From Cetorhinus maximus (Eukaryota), in NCBI RefSeq assembly GCF_964194155.1, contig NC_135901.1, positions 22,258,001-22,322,000 on the forward strand: 64,000 nt of DNA, read 5' to 3'. Below are positions 21,035 through 34,120 of this stretch, piece by piece. A program made the translations under genes and the position numbers. Each line of letters begins with the position of its first letter. The stretch's first letter is position 1. The notes below the pieces were generated by a model that was given only the letters and a program-made list of their open reading frames with translations, was not told where the DNA came from and searched no databases.

Positions 21035-22640
21035 AAATCAACAACAATGTGTATTTATATAGCACCTTTCATGTAATAGAACATACCAATGTGTGTTCAC
21101 AGGAGTGTTATACAGCAACATTTCACACTAAACCTACATAATGAGATGTTAGGGCAGGTGACCAATAGTTTGGTCAAACGTAGTTTTTAAGGAGTATCTT
21201 AAAAGAGGAAAGTGAGGTGGAGAGACAGAGAGGTTCATGGAGGAAATTCCACAGCTTTTGGCTTTGGCAGCTGAAGGCTTGACCACCAAAGGTGGAACAA
21301 TTCACAGAATCACACGGCCCATCGAGTCTGCACCGACACGTGAGAAACACCTGACCTACCTACCTAATCCCATTTACCAGCACTTGGCCCATAGCCTTGA
21401 ATGTTATGACTTGCCAAGTGCTCATCAAGGTACTTTTTAAAGGATGTGAGGCAACCCGCCTCCACCACCCTCCCAGGCAGCGCATTCCAGACCGTCTGGG
21501 TAAACAAATTTTTCCTCACATCCTTCCTAAACCTCCTGCCCCTCACCTTGAACTTATGTCCCCTCGTGACTGACCCTTCAACTAAGGAGAACAGCTGCTC
21601 CCTATCCACCCTGTCCATACCCCTCATAATCTTGTACACCTCGAGCAGGTCGCCCCTCAGTCTTCTCTGCTCCAACAAAAACAACCCAAGTCTATCCAAC
21701 CTCTCTTCAAAACTGAAATGTTTCATCCCAGGCAACATCCTGGTGAATCTCCTCTGCACCCCCTCCAGTGCAATCACATCCTTCCTATAATGTGGCGACC
21801 AGAACTGCACTTAGTACTCCAGCTGTGGCCTCACCATGTTGATCTCCCTACTTTTGTAATCTATGCCTCGATTGATAAAGGCAAGTGTCCCATATGCCAT
21901 TTTCACCACCCCACTAACATGCCCCTCCGCCTTCAGAGATCTATGGACACACACACCAAGGTCCCTTTGTTCCTCAGAACTTCCTAGTATCATGTCGTTC
22001 GATGAAAACTTCCTTGTCAAATTCTCCTTCCAAAGTGTATCACCTCACACTTTTCAGGGTTAAATTAAAATCGGGAATGTTCAGGATGTCAGAATTAGTG
22101 GAGTGCAGATATCTCAGAGGGTTGTGAGGCTGGAGGAGATTACAGAGATAGGGAGGGGCCATGGAGAAATAAGGATATAAGGATAAGAATTAAGAAAATA
22201 AGGATGAGAATTTTAAAACTTAGGTTCTTCTTAATCAGGAGCCTTTGTAGGTCAGCGAGTACTGGGGTGATGGGGGTACAAGATTTGGTGTCATGTTTAC
22301 AGGGAGGCTGAATGTGGGAGGACGGCTGGGAGTGTTAAGTGGAGAGGTGACAAAAGTACGGATGAGAGTTTCAGCAAAAGATGAGCAGGGACTCGGGCAG
22401 AGTCGGGCGATGTTACTGAGATGGGAATGGGCGGCCTTGGTGATGATGCATATATGTGGTTTGAAGCTAATTTTTGGGTGAAATATGACCCAGTGGTTGT
22501 GAACAGGCTGGTTTGGCCTCAGACAGTTACCAGGGAGAGGGATGGAGTCAGTGGCCGGGAAGTGGAATTTGTAGCGGGGACTGAAGACAATGGCTTTGGT
22601 CTTCCCAATACTTAAATAGAGAAAATTTCTGTTCATCTAG
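21035..22640 (-). mobile_element. L2 LINE 3' fragment, interrupted by CR1
   Basis: MNRNFLYLSIGKTKAIVFSP and HLSNIARLCP..AETLIRTFVTS (L2 ORF2 C-terminus). Confidence 0.8.
21303..22045 (-). mobile_element. CR1 3' fragment (young subfamily)
   Basis: QFWSPHYRKDVIALEGVQRRFTRMLPG; very similar to the copies at 17480 and 38050. Confidence 0.92.
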
Positions 22641-22859
22641 TGCTGGATGTCAGACAAGTCAGGACGGTGTGTGACTTGGAGGAGAACATGGAGGTGATGG
22701 TGTTCACATACACCTGCTATCTTGGCCCTTCTAGGTGGTAGAGGTTCAGGGTTTTGGAGCTTCTGTCAAAATTCTGGTTGAGTTGTAATCCCTCTTTTTC
22801 AACCCTTGCCTCTCCCACCTAACCCTTCTCTCTCTTGTTATGTTCTCCAATCTAGACCA

Positions 22860-22965
22860 GTGTCTTGTGTATGTCCAGACTGGGTGGCAGATTCCCTTCC
22901 CTGAAGGACATTAGTGAACCAGTTGGGTTTTTATGACAATCCAGCAGTTTTCATTGTCACTTTTT
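22860..22965 (-). mobile_element. SINE fragment, possibly Deu-domain (SacSINE/AmnSINE-like)
   Basis: ttcccttccctgaaggacattagtgaaccagttgggtttttatgacaatc; copies at 30050-30150 and 41495-41650. The family label is from memory and tentative. Confidence 0.45.
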
Positions 22966-23184
22966 CCTAGTGCCGGCCCCACAAATTACCAGATTCATTC
23001 AGCTCAATTTCACAAACTGCCCTTGTGTTTTTGTGGGTTCTCTCTCACTCCCTTTTCTCTGTTTTCAGTCAATTTCACAGGGTATTAGGAGGGGAGGATT
23101 TGCAGTCGGGAAACTGAAACCAAACATCAGAATCTGACAGAGTTGCCCAGCTTATTGTAACCTGAATATCATTGGAATTTGAAC

Positions 23185-24306
23185 ATGGTCGGAGAAAGCA
23201 CCGTTCACAGTGGAGAGAAACCGTACACGTGTTCTGTGTGTGGACGAGGCTTCAGTCAGTCATCTGGCCTGTCAAACCATAAATGCAGTCAGAATGGGGA
23301 GAAACCATGGAAATGCAGGGACTGTGGGAAGGGATTTAATTACCCATCAGAGCTTGAAAATCATCAGCGAGTTCACACTGGGGAGAGGCCATTCACCTGC
23401 TCTGAGTGTGGGAAGGGATTCACTTGTTCATCCACGCTGCTGAAACACCGACGAGTTCACACTGACGAGAGACCTTTCAAATGTCCAAACTGTGGGAAGT
23501 GCGTTAAAAGTTCCCAGGAACTGACAGCCCATCAACGTGTCCACACTGACGAGAGACCGTTCAGGTGCTCTCACTGTGGGTCTGGGTTCAAGACATTATC
23601 TGTCCTCAATGTACACCAGCGAATTCACACAGGAGAGTGGCCATTCAGCTGCTCTGAGTGTGGGAAGAGATTTGCTCACTCATGCCATCTGCTGACACAC
23701 CAGCGAGTTCACACTGGGGAGAGACCTTTTAAATGCCCAGACTGTGGGAAATGCTTTAAAAGTTCCGTGGACCTGATGCTCCATCAACGTGTTCACACTG
23801 ATGAGAAACCGTTCAGGTGCACTCACTGTGGAACTGGGTTCAGACACTCATCTCAACTAACTGTACACCAGCGCATTCACACTGGGGAGAGACCTTTCAC
23901 CTGCTCCGACTGTGGGAAGGGGTTCACTCAGAAATCCAACTTGCTGACACACCAGCGCACTCACACTGGGGAGAGACCGTTCATCTGCTCCGACTGTGGG
24001 AAGGGATTCACTCAGTCATCCACCCTGTTGGCACACCAGCGAGTTCACACTGGGGAGAGGCCGTTCACCCACTCCGAGTGCGCAAAGGGATTCACTCAGT
24101 CGTCTGCCCTGTTGACACAGCAGCGTGTTCACACTGGGGAGAGACCATTTACCTGCTCCGACTGTGGGAAGGGATTCACTCAGTCATCCAATCTGCTGAT
24201 GCACCAGCGAGTTCACACTGGGGAGAGACCGTTCACCTGCTCCAAGTGTGGGAAGGGATTCACTACCTCATCCAACCTGCTGAGACACCAGCGAGTTCAC
24301 AAGTAA
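23185..24306 (+). CDS. C2H2 zinc-finger protein ZNF-C (13 fingers, 2 degenerate)
   Basis: First ATG at 23185 within the 375-aa frame; TGERP/TDERP linkers; ends HQRVHK*; candidate acceptor ttcacag at ~23080. Confidence 0.92.
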   Translation: MVGESTVHSGEKPYTCSVCGRGFSQSSGLSNHKCSQNGEKPWKCRDCGKGFNYPSELENHQRVHTGERPFTCSECGKGFTCSSTLLKHRRVHTDERPFKCPNCGKCVKSSQELTAHQRVHTDERPFRCSHCGSGFKTLSVLNVHQRIHTGEWPFSCSECGKRFAHSCHLLTHQRVHTGERPFKCPDCGKCFKSSVDLMLHQRVHTDEKPFRCTHCGTGFRHSSQLTVHQRIHTGERPFTCSDCGKGFTQKSNLLTHQRTHTGERPFICSDCGKGFTQSSTLLAHQRVHTGERPFTHSECAKGFTQSSALLTQQRVHTGERPFTCSDCGKGFTQSSNLLMHQRVHTGERPFTCSKCGKGFTTSSNLLRHQRVHK

Positions 24307-24751
24307 CTACAGTGATTGGATTTTTCTGTGATTCACATCCAGGACTGAACTATGTCATTTGGTCTGTTTCTGCTGATGTTAAACTCCATGCCAATTATAG
24401 GGGTTAGTATTCTGGATAAAGTCAAATAAATCAGCCTTATGTTAAACATACAGTGTGTCGAGTCTTTGTAACATCTCCAACACAAGTTAGACCCTTTTCA
24501 AGTGCTCTCCCTCTCTCCTATCTCCCCTCTTGTCCTCTCAGAGCTCATCCTATCAATGAGACCTGCCTTCTACTGCCTTGACCCTATTCTCACGAAACTG
24601 CTGACCATCCATTTTCTTCATGTTAGCTGATATTGTTAATGGTTCTCTTTCTCTTCTCTGTCCCACTCACCTTAAAATCCACCACCATCACCCTCCTGAG
24701 AAGAAACAAACCTTTACCCCACCATCTTTGCAAACTACCGTCCCATCTCCC

Positions 24752-26755
24752 AAGGGGAGGGCCCACCATCCGTGGTTAACCAAAAAGGTTAAATACAGTG
24801 TCAAACTTAAAGAAAAAATATGTAATCACACAAAGATGTGCGGCAGGTCAGAAGATTGGAAAAATATAAGAACAGCAAAGGACGATCAAAAGATTAATAA
24901 GGAGGGAAAAATTAGAGTATGAGAGAAAGCTAGCTCGTAATATAAAGACAAATAGTAAGAATTTCTGTAGATATTTAAAAAGGAAAAGAGTGACTGTTAG
25001 TCCTATAGAAAGTGCATCTGGGGAATTGATAATGGAAAGTAGGGAGATGGCAGATGAATTAAACAGGTATTTTGCTTCAATCTTCAGTATAGAGGGCACA
25101 AGTAACATCCTGGAAATAGTTGTAAATCAGGAAATTGAAGGGAGGGAGGAACTCAGGAAAATTACAATCACCGGGGAAATGGTATTAAGCAAATTGTTGG
25201 GGCTGCGGGCTGAGAAATACCCAGGTCTGGATGGACTTCACCCTTGAAAGAAGTGGCTAGTGAGATCGTAGGTTTTAATTTTCCAAAATTCCCTAGATTC
25301 AGGGAGGTTCCATTGGACTGGAAAATAGCAAATGGTATTCAAAAAGGGAGGGAGACAGAAAGCAGGAAACTACAGGCCAGTTGGGGTAATATCTGTCATA
25401 GGGAAAGCATAAAAAGCTATTATTAAAGATATTATAGCAGGGCACTTAGAAAAATTCAAGGCAATCAGGCAGAGTCAGCATGATTTTGTAAATGGGAGAT
25501 CATGTTTAACCAATTTATTGGAGTTCGTTGAATGGGCCACATCTGCTGTCAATAAAGGGGAACTGCTGGATGTATTGTATTTAGATTTCCAGAAGGTATT
25601 TGATATGTGCCATATCAAAGGTTATTGCAGAAAATAAAAGCTGATGGTGTAGGGGGTAACATATTGGCAAGGATAGAAGATTGGCTAGCCAACAGGAAGC
25701 AGAGAGTTGGCATAAATGGGTCTTTTTCTGTTTGGCAGGATGTGATGAGTGGTGTGCCACAGGGATCAGTGCTGGGGCCTCAACTTTTTACAGTTTACGT
25801 AAATGACTTGGATGAAGGAATGGTGGCTAAATTTGCTGACGACAAATATAGGTAGGAAAGTAAATTGTGAAGAAGTTGTAAGGAGACTACATGTCATAGA
25901 TAGGTTAAGTGAGTGGGCAAAGATCTGGCAAATGGAATATAATGTCAGCAAATGTGAAATTGTTCATTTTGGCAGGAAGAATAAAACAAGCTTAGCTAAA
26001 TGGTGAGAGATTGCAGAGCTCTGAGATTCAGAGGGATCTGGGTGTCTTAGTGCATGAACCACAAAAGGCTAATATGCAGGTACAGCAGGTAATAAGGAAA
26101 GCTAATAGAATGTTATCATTTATTGTGAGGGGAATTAAGTACAAAAATAGGGAGGTTATGCTTCAGTTGTACACAGCATTAGTAAGACCACATCTGGAAT
26201 ATTATGTACAGTTCTGGTCTCCTTATTTAAAGAAAGATGTAAATGCATTAGAAGCAGTTCAAAGAAGCTTTACTAGACAAATACATGGAATGGGTGGGTT
26301 GTCTCATGAGGAAAGGTTTAACAGGTTAGGCTTGTATCCACTGGAATTTAGAAGAGTAAGAGGCGACTTAATTGAAATCTTTTAAGATCCTGAGGGATCT
26401 TGACAGGGTGGATGTGGAGAGGATATTTGCTCTTGTGGGAGAATCTAGAATGAGGGGTCACTGTTTAAAAATAAGGGGTCGCTCATTTAAGACAGAGATG
26501 GGGAGAATTTTTTTCTCAGAGTGTGGTGAGTCTTTGGAACCCTTCCTCAAAAGGTGGTGGAAGCAGAGTCTTTGAATATTTTTAAGGCAGAGCTAGATAG
26601 ATTCTTGATAAACAAGGGGGTGAAAGGTTACTGGGAGTTGGTAGGAATGTGGGGTTGAGGTTACATTCAGATCAGCCATGATCTTATTGAGTGGCGGAAC
26701 AGGCTCGAGGGGCCGAGTGGCCTACTCCTGCTTCTAATTCATATGTTCATATGTA
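24752..26755 (+). mobile_element. CR1 LINE ORF2, disrupted (second subfamily)
   Basis: GVPQGSVLGPQLF, KFADD and LVRPHLEYYVQFWSPYL; tail ttcatatgttcatatg. Confidence 0.92.
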
Positions 26756-26974
26756 GGACCTGGATTTGATCAGCATTTAAGTGTAAGCATTAAGTTCCAG
26801 GTTATTACCACTTGTTGCAAAAAATTTCTTCCTCGCATCCTCCCTGTAGATCTTGTGGAAAATTTGAAATCTGTGTCCCACAATCCTTTTACAGTCAAAT
26901 AATGGGAACAGCTGTCCTTTGCCTACCTTACCTAAATCTATTATAAACTTGTACACCTCTGTCAAATCTTCCTT

Positions 26975-27462
26975 TCACAGAATCACAGTGCAGAAGAGGC
27001 CCTTCGGCCCATTGAGTCTGCACCAACACGTGAGAAACACCTGACCTACCTACCTAATCCCATTTACCAGCACTTGGCCCATAGCCTTGAATGTTATGAC
27101 GTGCCAAGTGCTCATCCAGGTACTTTTTAAAGGATGTGAGGCAACCCGCCTCCACCACCCTCCCAAGCAGCGCATTCCAGGCTGTCACTCTGGGTAAACA
27201 AGTTTTTCCTCACATCCCCCCTAAACCTCCTGCCCCTCACCTTGAACTTATGACCCCTTGTGACTGACCCTTCAACTAAGGGGAACAGCTGCTCCCTATC
27301 CACCCTCTCCATGTCCCTCATAATCTTGTACACCTCGATCAAGTCGCCCCTCAGTCTTCTCTGCTCCAACGAAAACGACCCAAGTCTATCTAACCTCTCT
27401 TCATAACTTAAATGTTTCATCCCAGGCAACATCCTGGTGAATCTCCTCTGCATCCCCTCCAA
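26975..27462 (-). mobile_element. CR1 3' fragment nested in an older CR1 fragment (26780-27600)
   Basis: QRRFTRMLPGMKHLSYEERLDRLG; cacagaatcacag tail. Confidence 0.88.
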
Positions 27463-27746
27463 TGCTTTGCTTCAAGGAGAGCAACCTCAGTTTTACCTGC
27501 CTAACAATGTGACTATAAACCATCATCCCAGAACCATTCTGGTAAATCTCCTCTGCACCCTCTCAAGGACCCTCACATCCTTCATAATGTGTGGTGATCA
27601 CTGGTTTGCACAGACCCAGATGTTCTGTGTTTGTGTCTGATGTCATCACACATCAACAATTACACGGTGACATCACCCCCACTCCCCGGGTATTTCCTCA
27701 ACTGGGAGATTTTTCTCTGACTCCAGTACTTTTGATATCTTTTCAG

Positions 27747-27800
27747 CTGCAGGGTCCAGCAGGAGATTTTAATATTGAAAAGAGTAAAATTGTTTCAGAG
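27747..27800 (+). other. Candidate 54-nt internal exon upstream of ZNF-D
   Basis: ctgac branch point, pyrimidine tract, cag| acceptor and gag|gtgagt donor; paralog at 63924-63977. Confidence 0.6.
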
Positions 27801-29046
27801 GTGAGTATTTTGACTGTTCATCTGCAATTTAAATCTTTTAGTGCTCTGCTCTGTTGTCTGTGAGAGGTTCCATGGCTCTGGGGCTGGTGTGGCTCCTTTG
27901 TAGTGGATCTGAATCCATGTCCATCCATTGTTCCATTTCAGCTCTGCCTTATCTCCCTGATCACCTCTCTGCCATGGTCTAACTTCCTCTGTCTCAAATA
28001 ATGGGTGTGTTTTAGACGTGTTTAGCATTTTACTGTTACTTCTGCCAAACATGTCGAAATGAGGTTCCCACCGCTGTCCATCCCCTGACCATGTGCTGTT
28101 AGTTTACCAGATTTATCTTCCCAGAGTATCTTTCAGAGTCAGGAATTGTTTTTCCTGCATTATAGTCCATTTCTCTTCTGCTTCTGAGCTTATATTTTCC
28201 ATCAAGCTCTGCACCATTTTTATTCCCTGTAATTCATTCTGTACACACTGAAATGTTAACTCTGTTTGTTTCTCCGCAGTTACTGCCTGATCTGCTGAAT
28301 ATTTCCAGTATTTGCTCTTTTTGTTTCAGATTTCCAGCAGCTGCAGTATTTTGCTATTATTTTGTTGCAGACGTCGCTCACAGAACTGAGTCTAGAATCA
28401 CCAACAGACTAATTCAAAGCTGGTTTGTTGCAGGGGAGGCATTGGTTGTAGAAGTTAGTTCCCTAGCCTTCAGTGTAGCTCCTTTTTCATCGAGTCATTG
28501 AATCACTGATTAGTTACAATACAGACAGAGGTCATTCAGCCCATCCTGCCTATGCTGGATCTCTGCAAGAGCCAATCAGCTAATCCCATCCCCTTCCCTT
28601 TCACGAACAAGACCAGCAGCAGATATTACCCATCCCCAGTTACCTGTGGAGAAGATGATGTTTGACCTTTTTAAACCGCTGCAGTCCATCTGGTGTAGAT
28701 GCTCTCACAATGATGTTAAATAAGGAGTTACAGGATTTTTACCAAGTAATGATGAAATGTTCAAAATCAACAACAGCAATTTGTATTTGTAAAACACCTT
28801 TCATGTATTTGACCTTTCCAAGGTGCTGCACAGAAGTTTTATGAATCAGGAGCCTTGTAGGTCAGTGAGCACAGGGGTGATGGGTAAACAAGACTTGGTC
28901 TGAGTTGGTACACGGGCAGCAGAGCTTTGGATGACCTCACGATCACAGGGAGGTTGAATGTGGGAGGCAGCAGATGAGCTGAGACTGGGGTGGAGTTAGG
29001 CAATGTTACTGAGGTGGAAGCATACAGTAATAGTGATGTTGCAGAT

Positions 29047-29635
29047 ATAGAACCATAGAAAAGTTACGGCACAGAAGGAGGCCATTCAGCCCATCTTGTC
29101 TATGCCAGCCCGAGGACACCCAGGTGCCCTTTCTAATCCCACCTTCCTGCACCCGGCCCATAGCCCTGCAGCTTACAGCAATTTAGGTGCTGTTCCAGGT
29201 ACTTTTTAAAGGAGTTTAAAGTTTCTGCTTCTACCACCAACTTGGGCAGTGAATTCCAGACACCCACTACCCTCTGTGTAAAAAAGTTCTTCCTCATGTC
29301 CCCCCTACACCTTCTGCCACTTATCTTGAATCTCTGTCCCCTGGTTCTAGACTTCTCCACCAAGGGAAACAATTTTATCCTGTCCACTCTATCTATTCCC
29401 CTCATAATTTTGTACACCTCCATCAAGTCACCTCTCAGCCTTCTTTGTTCTAAGGAAAATAACCCCAACCTATCCAATCTCTCCTCGTAGCTACACTTTT
29501 CTAACCCTGGCAACATTCTTGTCAACCTCCTCTGCACTTTCTCCAGAGCTATTACGTCCTTCCTGTAATGTGGTGACCAGAACTGCACACAATACTCCAG
29601 TTGTGGCCTCACCAGTGTTTTATACAATTCCATAC
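29047..29635 (-). mobile_element. CR1 3' fragment inserted in L2
   Basis: MELYKTLVRPQLEYCVQFWSPHYRKD; same subfamily as 40296-41040. Confidence 0.92.
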
Positions 29636-30368
29636 GTGGTTGGAAGCTCAATTTGGGGTGAAATATTTCTCCATTGTTGCGAATAGTCTGGTTCATCCTC
29701 AGTTTTCGGCGAGAGGGATGGAGTTGATGGTTAGGAAGTGGAATTTGTAGCGGGGACTGAAGACAATGGATTTGGTCTTCCCAGTATTTAAATGGAGGAA
29801 ATTTCTGTTGATCCAGTTCTGGATGTCAGAGAAGTCAGGATGGTGTGTGACTTGGAGGGGAAACTTGGAGATGGTGGTGTTCACATAGACCTGCTATCCT
29901 TGTCCCTCTGGATGATGGAGGTTGAGGGTTTGGGAGGTTTTGTGAAAGTTCTGGTTGATTTGTAGATATGTAAAATCCTTCTTCTTCACCCCTTGCCTCT
30001 CCCACCCCACAGCTTCTCTCTCTTGCTCTCTTCTCCTATCGAGGCTGGAGTCTTGTGTTGACCAGTTTGGGTGGCAGGTTCCCTTCTCTGAAGGACATTA
30101 ATGAACCAGTTGGGTTTTTATGACAATCCAGCAGTTTTCATGGTCACTTTTTCCTAGTGCCAGCCCCACAAGTTACCAGATTCACAATCTGCCTTTGTGT
30201 TTTTGTGGGTTCTGTTTCTTATTCTGTTTTAAATCAATTTCACAGGGCATTAAAGGAGAGGATTTGCAGTCGGGAAGCTGAGGCCGAACATCACATCAAA
30301 ATCTGACAGAGTCGCCTAATTTATCATAACCTGAATACCATCGGATTTTGAACATAGAAGGAGAAAGC

Positions 30369-31895
30369 ATGATTCACAGTGGGGAGAAACCGTATACGTG
30401 TTCTGTGTGTGGACGAGGCTTCAGCCAATCATCTGACTTGTCAGAACATAAATGCAGTCACAACAGGGAGAAACTGTGGAAATGCAGAGACTGTGGGAAG
30501 GGATTTAATTACCCATCTGAGCTGGAAAGTCATCAGCGAGTTCACACTGGGGAGAGGCCGTTCACCTGCTCTGAGTGTGGGAAGGGATTCACTTGTTCAT
30601 CCCACCTGCTGCAACATCGACAAGTTCACACTGACGAGAGACCTTTCAAATGTCCAGACTGTGGGAAGTGCTTTAAAAGTTCCTGGAAACTGACTGGCCA
30701 TCAACGTGTTCACACTGACGAGAGACCATTCAGGTGCTCTCACTGTGGGACTGGGTTCAAGACATTATCTGACCTCACTGTACACCAGCGAATTCACACT
30801 GGGGACAAACCATTCACCTGCTCTGAGTGTGGGAAGAGATTCACTCAGTCATCCCACCTGCTGGCACACCAGCGAGTTCACACTGACAAGAGACCTTTTA
30901 AATGCCCAGACTGTGGGAAGTGCTATAAAAGTTCCTGGGATCTGATGTTTCATCAACGTGTTCACACTGACGAGAGACCGTTCAGGTGCTCTCACTGTGG
31001 GACTGGGTTCAGGCGATCAACTGATCTGATTGTCCACCAGCGAATTCACACTGGAGAGAGACCATTCACATGCTGTGAGTGTGGGAAGAGATTCACTCGG
31101 TCATCCACTCTGCTGGAACACCTGCGAGTTCACACTGGGGAGAGGCTGTTTCTCTGCTCCGACTGTGGGAAGGAATTCACTTGTTCATCCAACCTGCTGA
31201 CACACAAGCGCACTCACACAGGGGAGAGGCCATTCACCTGCTCCGACTGTGGGAAGGGGTTCATTCAGTCATCTCACCTCCTGACACACCAGCAAATTCA
31301 CACTGGGGAGAGGCCGTTCACCTGTTCTGAGTGTGGAAAGGGATTCACTCGGTCATCCACCCTGCAGGAACACCAGCGAGTTCACACTGGGGAGAGGCCA
31401 CTCACCCGCTGTGACTGTGAGAAGGGATTCACTTGTTCATCCAACCTGCTGACACACAAGCGCACTCACACTGGAGAGAGGCCATTCACCTGCGCTGACT
31501 GTGGGAAGGGGTTCGCTCGGTCATCCAACCTGCTGACACACCAGCGAGTTCACACTGGTGAGAGACCATTCACATGCTCCGAGTGTGGGAAGGGATTCAC
31601 TCGGTCATCCATCCTTCTGGAACACCAGCGAGTTCACACTGGGGAGAGGCCGTTCACCTGCTCCAACTGTGGGAAGGGATTCACTCGGTCATCCCACCTA
31701 CTGACACACAAGCGCACTCACACTGGGGAGAGGCCATTCACCTGTGCTGAATATGGGAAGGGGTTCAGTCAGACATCCACCCTGCTGATACACCAGCGAA
31801 CTCACACTGGGGAGAGGCCATTCACCTGTTCTGAGTGTGGGAAGGGATTCACGCAGTCATCCAACCTGCTGGTACACCAGCGAATTCACAAGTAA
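30369..31895 (+). CDS. C2H2 zinc-finger protein ZNF-D (18 fingers, 2 degenerate)
   Basis: First ATG at 30369 within the 515-aa frame; paralog of ZNF-C; ends HQRIHK*. Confidence 0.93.
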   Translation: MIHSGEKPYTCSVCGRGFSQSSDLSEHKCSHNREKLWKCRDCGKGFNYPSELESHQRVHTGERPFTCSECGKGFTCSSHLLQHRQVHTDERPFKCPDCGKCFKSSWKLTGHQRVHTDERPFRCSHCGTGFKTLSDLTVHQRIHTGDKPFTCSECGKRFTQSSHLLAHQRVHTDKRPFKCPDCGKCYKSSWDLMFHQRVHTDERPFRCSHCGTGFRRSTDLIVHQRIHTGERPFTCCECGKRFTRSSTLLEHLRVHTGERLFLCSDCGKEFTCSSNLLTHKRTHTGERPFTCSDCGKGFIQSSHLLTHQQIHTGERPFTCSECGKGFTRSSTLQEHQRVHTGERPLTRCDCEKGFTCSSNLLTHKRTHTGERPFTCADCGKGFARSSNLLTHQRVHTGERPFTCSECGKGFTRSSILLEHQRVHTGERPFTCSNCGKGFTRSSHLLTHKRTHTGERPFTCAEYGKGFSQTSTLLIHQRTHTGERPFTCSECGKGFTQSSNLLVHQRIHK

Positions 31896-33266
31896 CTATA
31901 GTGATTGGATTTTTCTGTTAATCATATTTGGGATGAGCCATTGTTCATTGGGGTCTGTTTTTGCTGATGTTAGTAAACTCTAGCCCAGTTATTGTAGCTA
32001 ATACTATGGATAAAAGCCAAATAAAAGAGCTTTGTGTTCAACACACAGTCTGTTGAATCTTTTTCATAAACTAACATGAGTTTGTTCCTTTTGAAGTGCT
32101 CTCCCTTTCCCTAGTATCATCCACACTCACCTCCAACAACAAGTGTGAGGAACTCGTGGAGCTTCTTCATCACTAAGATTGAGACAAGCTGATCAACTGC
32201 CTCTGCTGTTTCACTCCCACTAGCTCAATGGGACAAACTGTCCGTAAAGTTCCCCCTTGTCTAAGCCCTGAATTTGCATCTTTCTCCAGCCTCTCTCCTA
32301 TCTTCTATCTCCTTCAGTGCTCATTTTGTCCATGAGACCTGCCTTCTGCTCCCTTGACCCTATTCTCGCTAAACTGTTAGCCATCCATCCTCCCCATGTT
32401 AGTTGATATTGTTAACAGTTCTCTCTTTTTTGATACTGTCCGTCTCACCTTTAAATTCATTGTCATCATCCATCCTAAAAAAAACTCTCTAACCCACCGT
32501 TTTTGCAAACTACCACCCCATCTCCAACCTCCCTTTTCTCTCCAAAGTCCTTGTACGTGGTGTTCCCCAAGGATCTAGCCTTGGTTCCTCCTATTCCTCA
32601 TCTACAGGCTGCCACTAGGTGACATCATCCAAAAGCACCGTGTTAGTTTTCACATGGACACTGACAATGCCCAGCTCTACCTCCCCACCATCCCTCTCCA
32701 TTCCTCCACTGTTACTAAATTATCAAACTGCTTATCCAACATCCAGTACTGGATAAGCAGAAATTTCCCCCAATTAATAATTGGGAAGACCAAAGCCCAA
32801 TTTGAACCCAAGATGACATTCTGACCACATATCTAACCATCACGACATACCAGCTATTTCAATCTCCATAACATTGCCTGTCTCCACCCCAGCTCATCTG
32901 CTGCTGAAACATTCATCCATGCCCATGTTACCTTTAGACTTGACGATTCCAATGCATTTCTGACCAGCCTCTCATGGAAATGTGAGATCATCCAAAACTC
33001 TGCTGCCCATGTGCTTTCTCACACCAAGTCTTGTTCACCCATCACTCACTGACCTACACTGGCTCCTGGTCAAGCGATGCCTCAATTTTAAAATTTACAT
33101 TCTTGTTTTCAAATCCGCCCATGACCTCAAACCTCCCTATCTCCATAATCTCCAGTTTCACACTCTCTGATATATCTGCGCTCCCCTCATTCTATCTTCT
33201 TAGAGCATCCCTGATTTTAATTACCCCACCATTGGTGGCAGGGCCTAGGCATGAAGCTCTGAAATT

Positions 33267-33985
33267 TATTTATTTTTTTGAAAAATACACTTTATTCATA
33301 AAACACCTGAAAGAACATGACGAAACATTTCTAGTTGGCCATCACAAAAAGTGCAATCAGATTCAACTTTTACACATGGATCAAGAGGCACATCAATACA
33401 ATCAATGAATATTACAGTCATTTCATTATGGTCATTACAGACAGACAAGCGCAATGGTATTGGAGTTATCGACATCATGTTGCACTCTGAGGTACAATTA
33501 TAATACATTTAGGATTTACTACATATATTCATTGTGAGCCATACAGCCCAAGGGGTCCATAGAATTCCCAGAATCTCAGTGCACTATGGCAGAAAGGTCT
33601 TAGACAGTGACCTTTCCCCATTGAGCCTTTGCGGTGGCTGCCCCAAGCTTTAGTGCGTCCCTCAGCATGTGGTCCTAGACCTTGGAATGTGCCAGTCTGC
33701 AACATTCAGCTGGGGACAACTCTTTGCACTGGAAGACCAACAAGTTTCAGGCAGACCAAAGAGCGTCTTTCACCAAGTTGATGATCCTCCAGCTGCAGTT
33801 GATGTTTGTCTCGCTGTGTGTCACTGGGAATAGCCCATAGAGCAGAGTCCTGTGTCACAGCATTGCTCGGGATGAATTTGGACAAAAGCCACTGTATCTC
33901 TCTCCAGACCTTCTTTCCAAACGCACATTCCAGAAGGAGGTGAATAACAGTCTCTTCCCCACCACAGGCACTCGAGGGTAACGTG
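33267..33985 (-). mobile_element. Tx1 3' fragment (ORF2 end, 3' UTR, poly-A)
   Basis: 33580-33985 aligns with 12680-13085; TSD atgaagctctgaa at 33251 and 33986. Confidence 0.9.
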
Positions 33986-33998
33986 ATGAAGCTCTGAA

Positions 33999-34120
33999 TT
34001 TTTTTTTCGAAAAATATACTTTATTCATAAAATATCTGAAAGAACATTACAAAACATTTCTAAATCGCCATCACAAAAAGTGCAATCATATTCAACTTTT
34101 ACACGTGGATCACGAGGTGG
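33999..34120 (-). mobile_element. Very short Tx1 3' end
   Basis: Poly-T followed by aaaaatatactttattcataaaa, as in the other Tx1 ends; bounded by atgaagctctgaa at 33986 and 34121. Confidence 0.85.

Larger units (their letters stand above)
20160..24740 (+). repeat. Segmental duplication unit 1 (ZNF-C unit)
   Basis: Colinear with 27900-32540: unique spacer, Penelope piece, L2 pieces, SINE piece, leader, ZNF and trailer. Confidence 0.85.
27900..32540 (+). repeat. Segmental duplication unit 2 (ZNF-D unit)
   Basis: Colinear with 20160-24740 but carries a different CR1 insertion (29047-29635). Confidence 0.85.
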
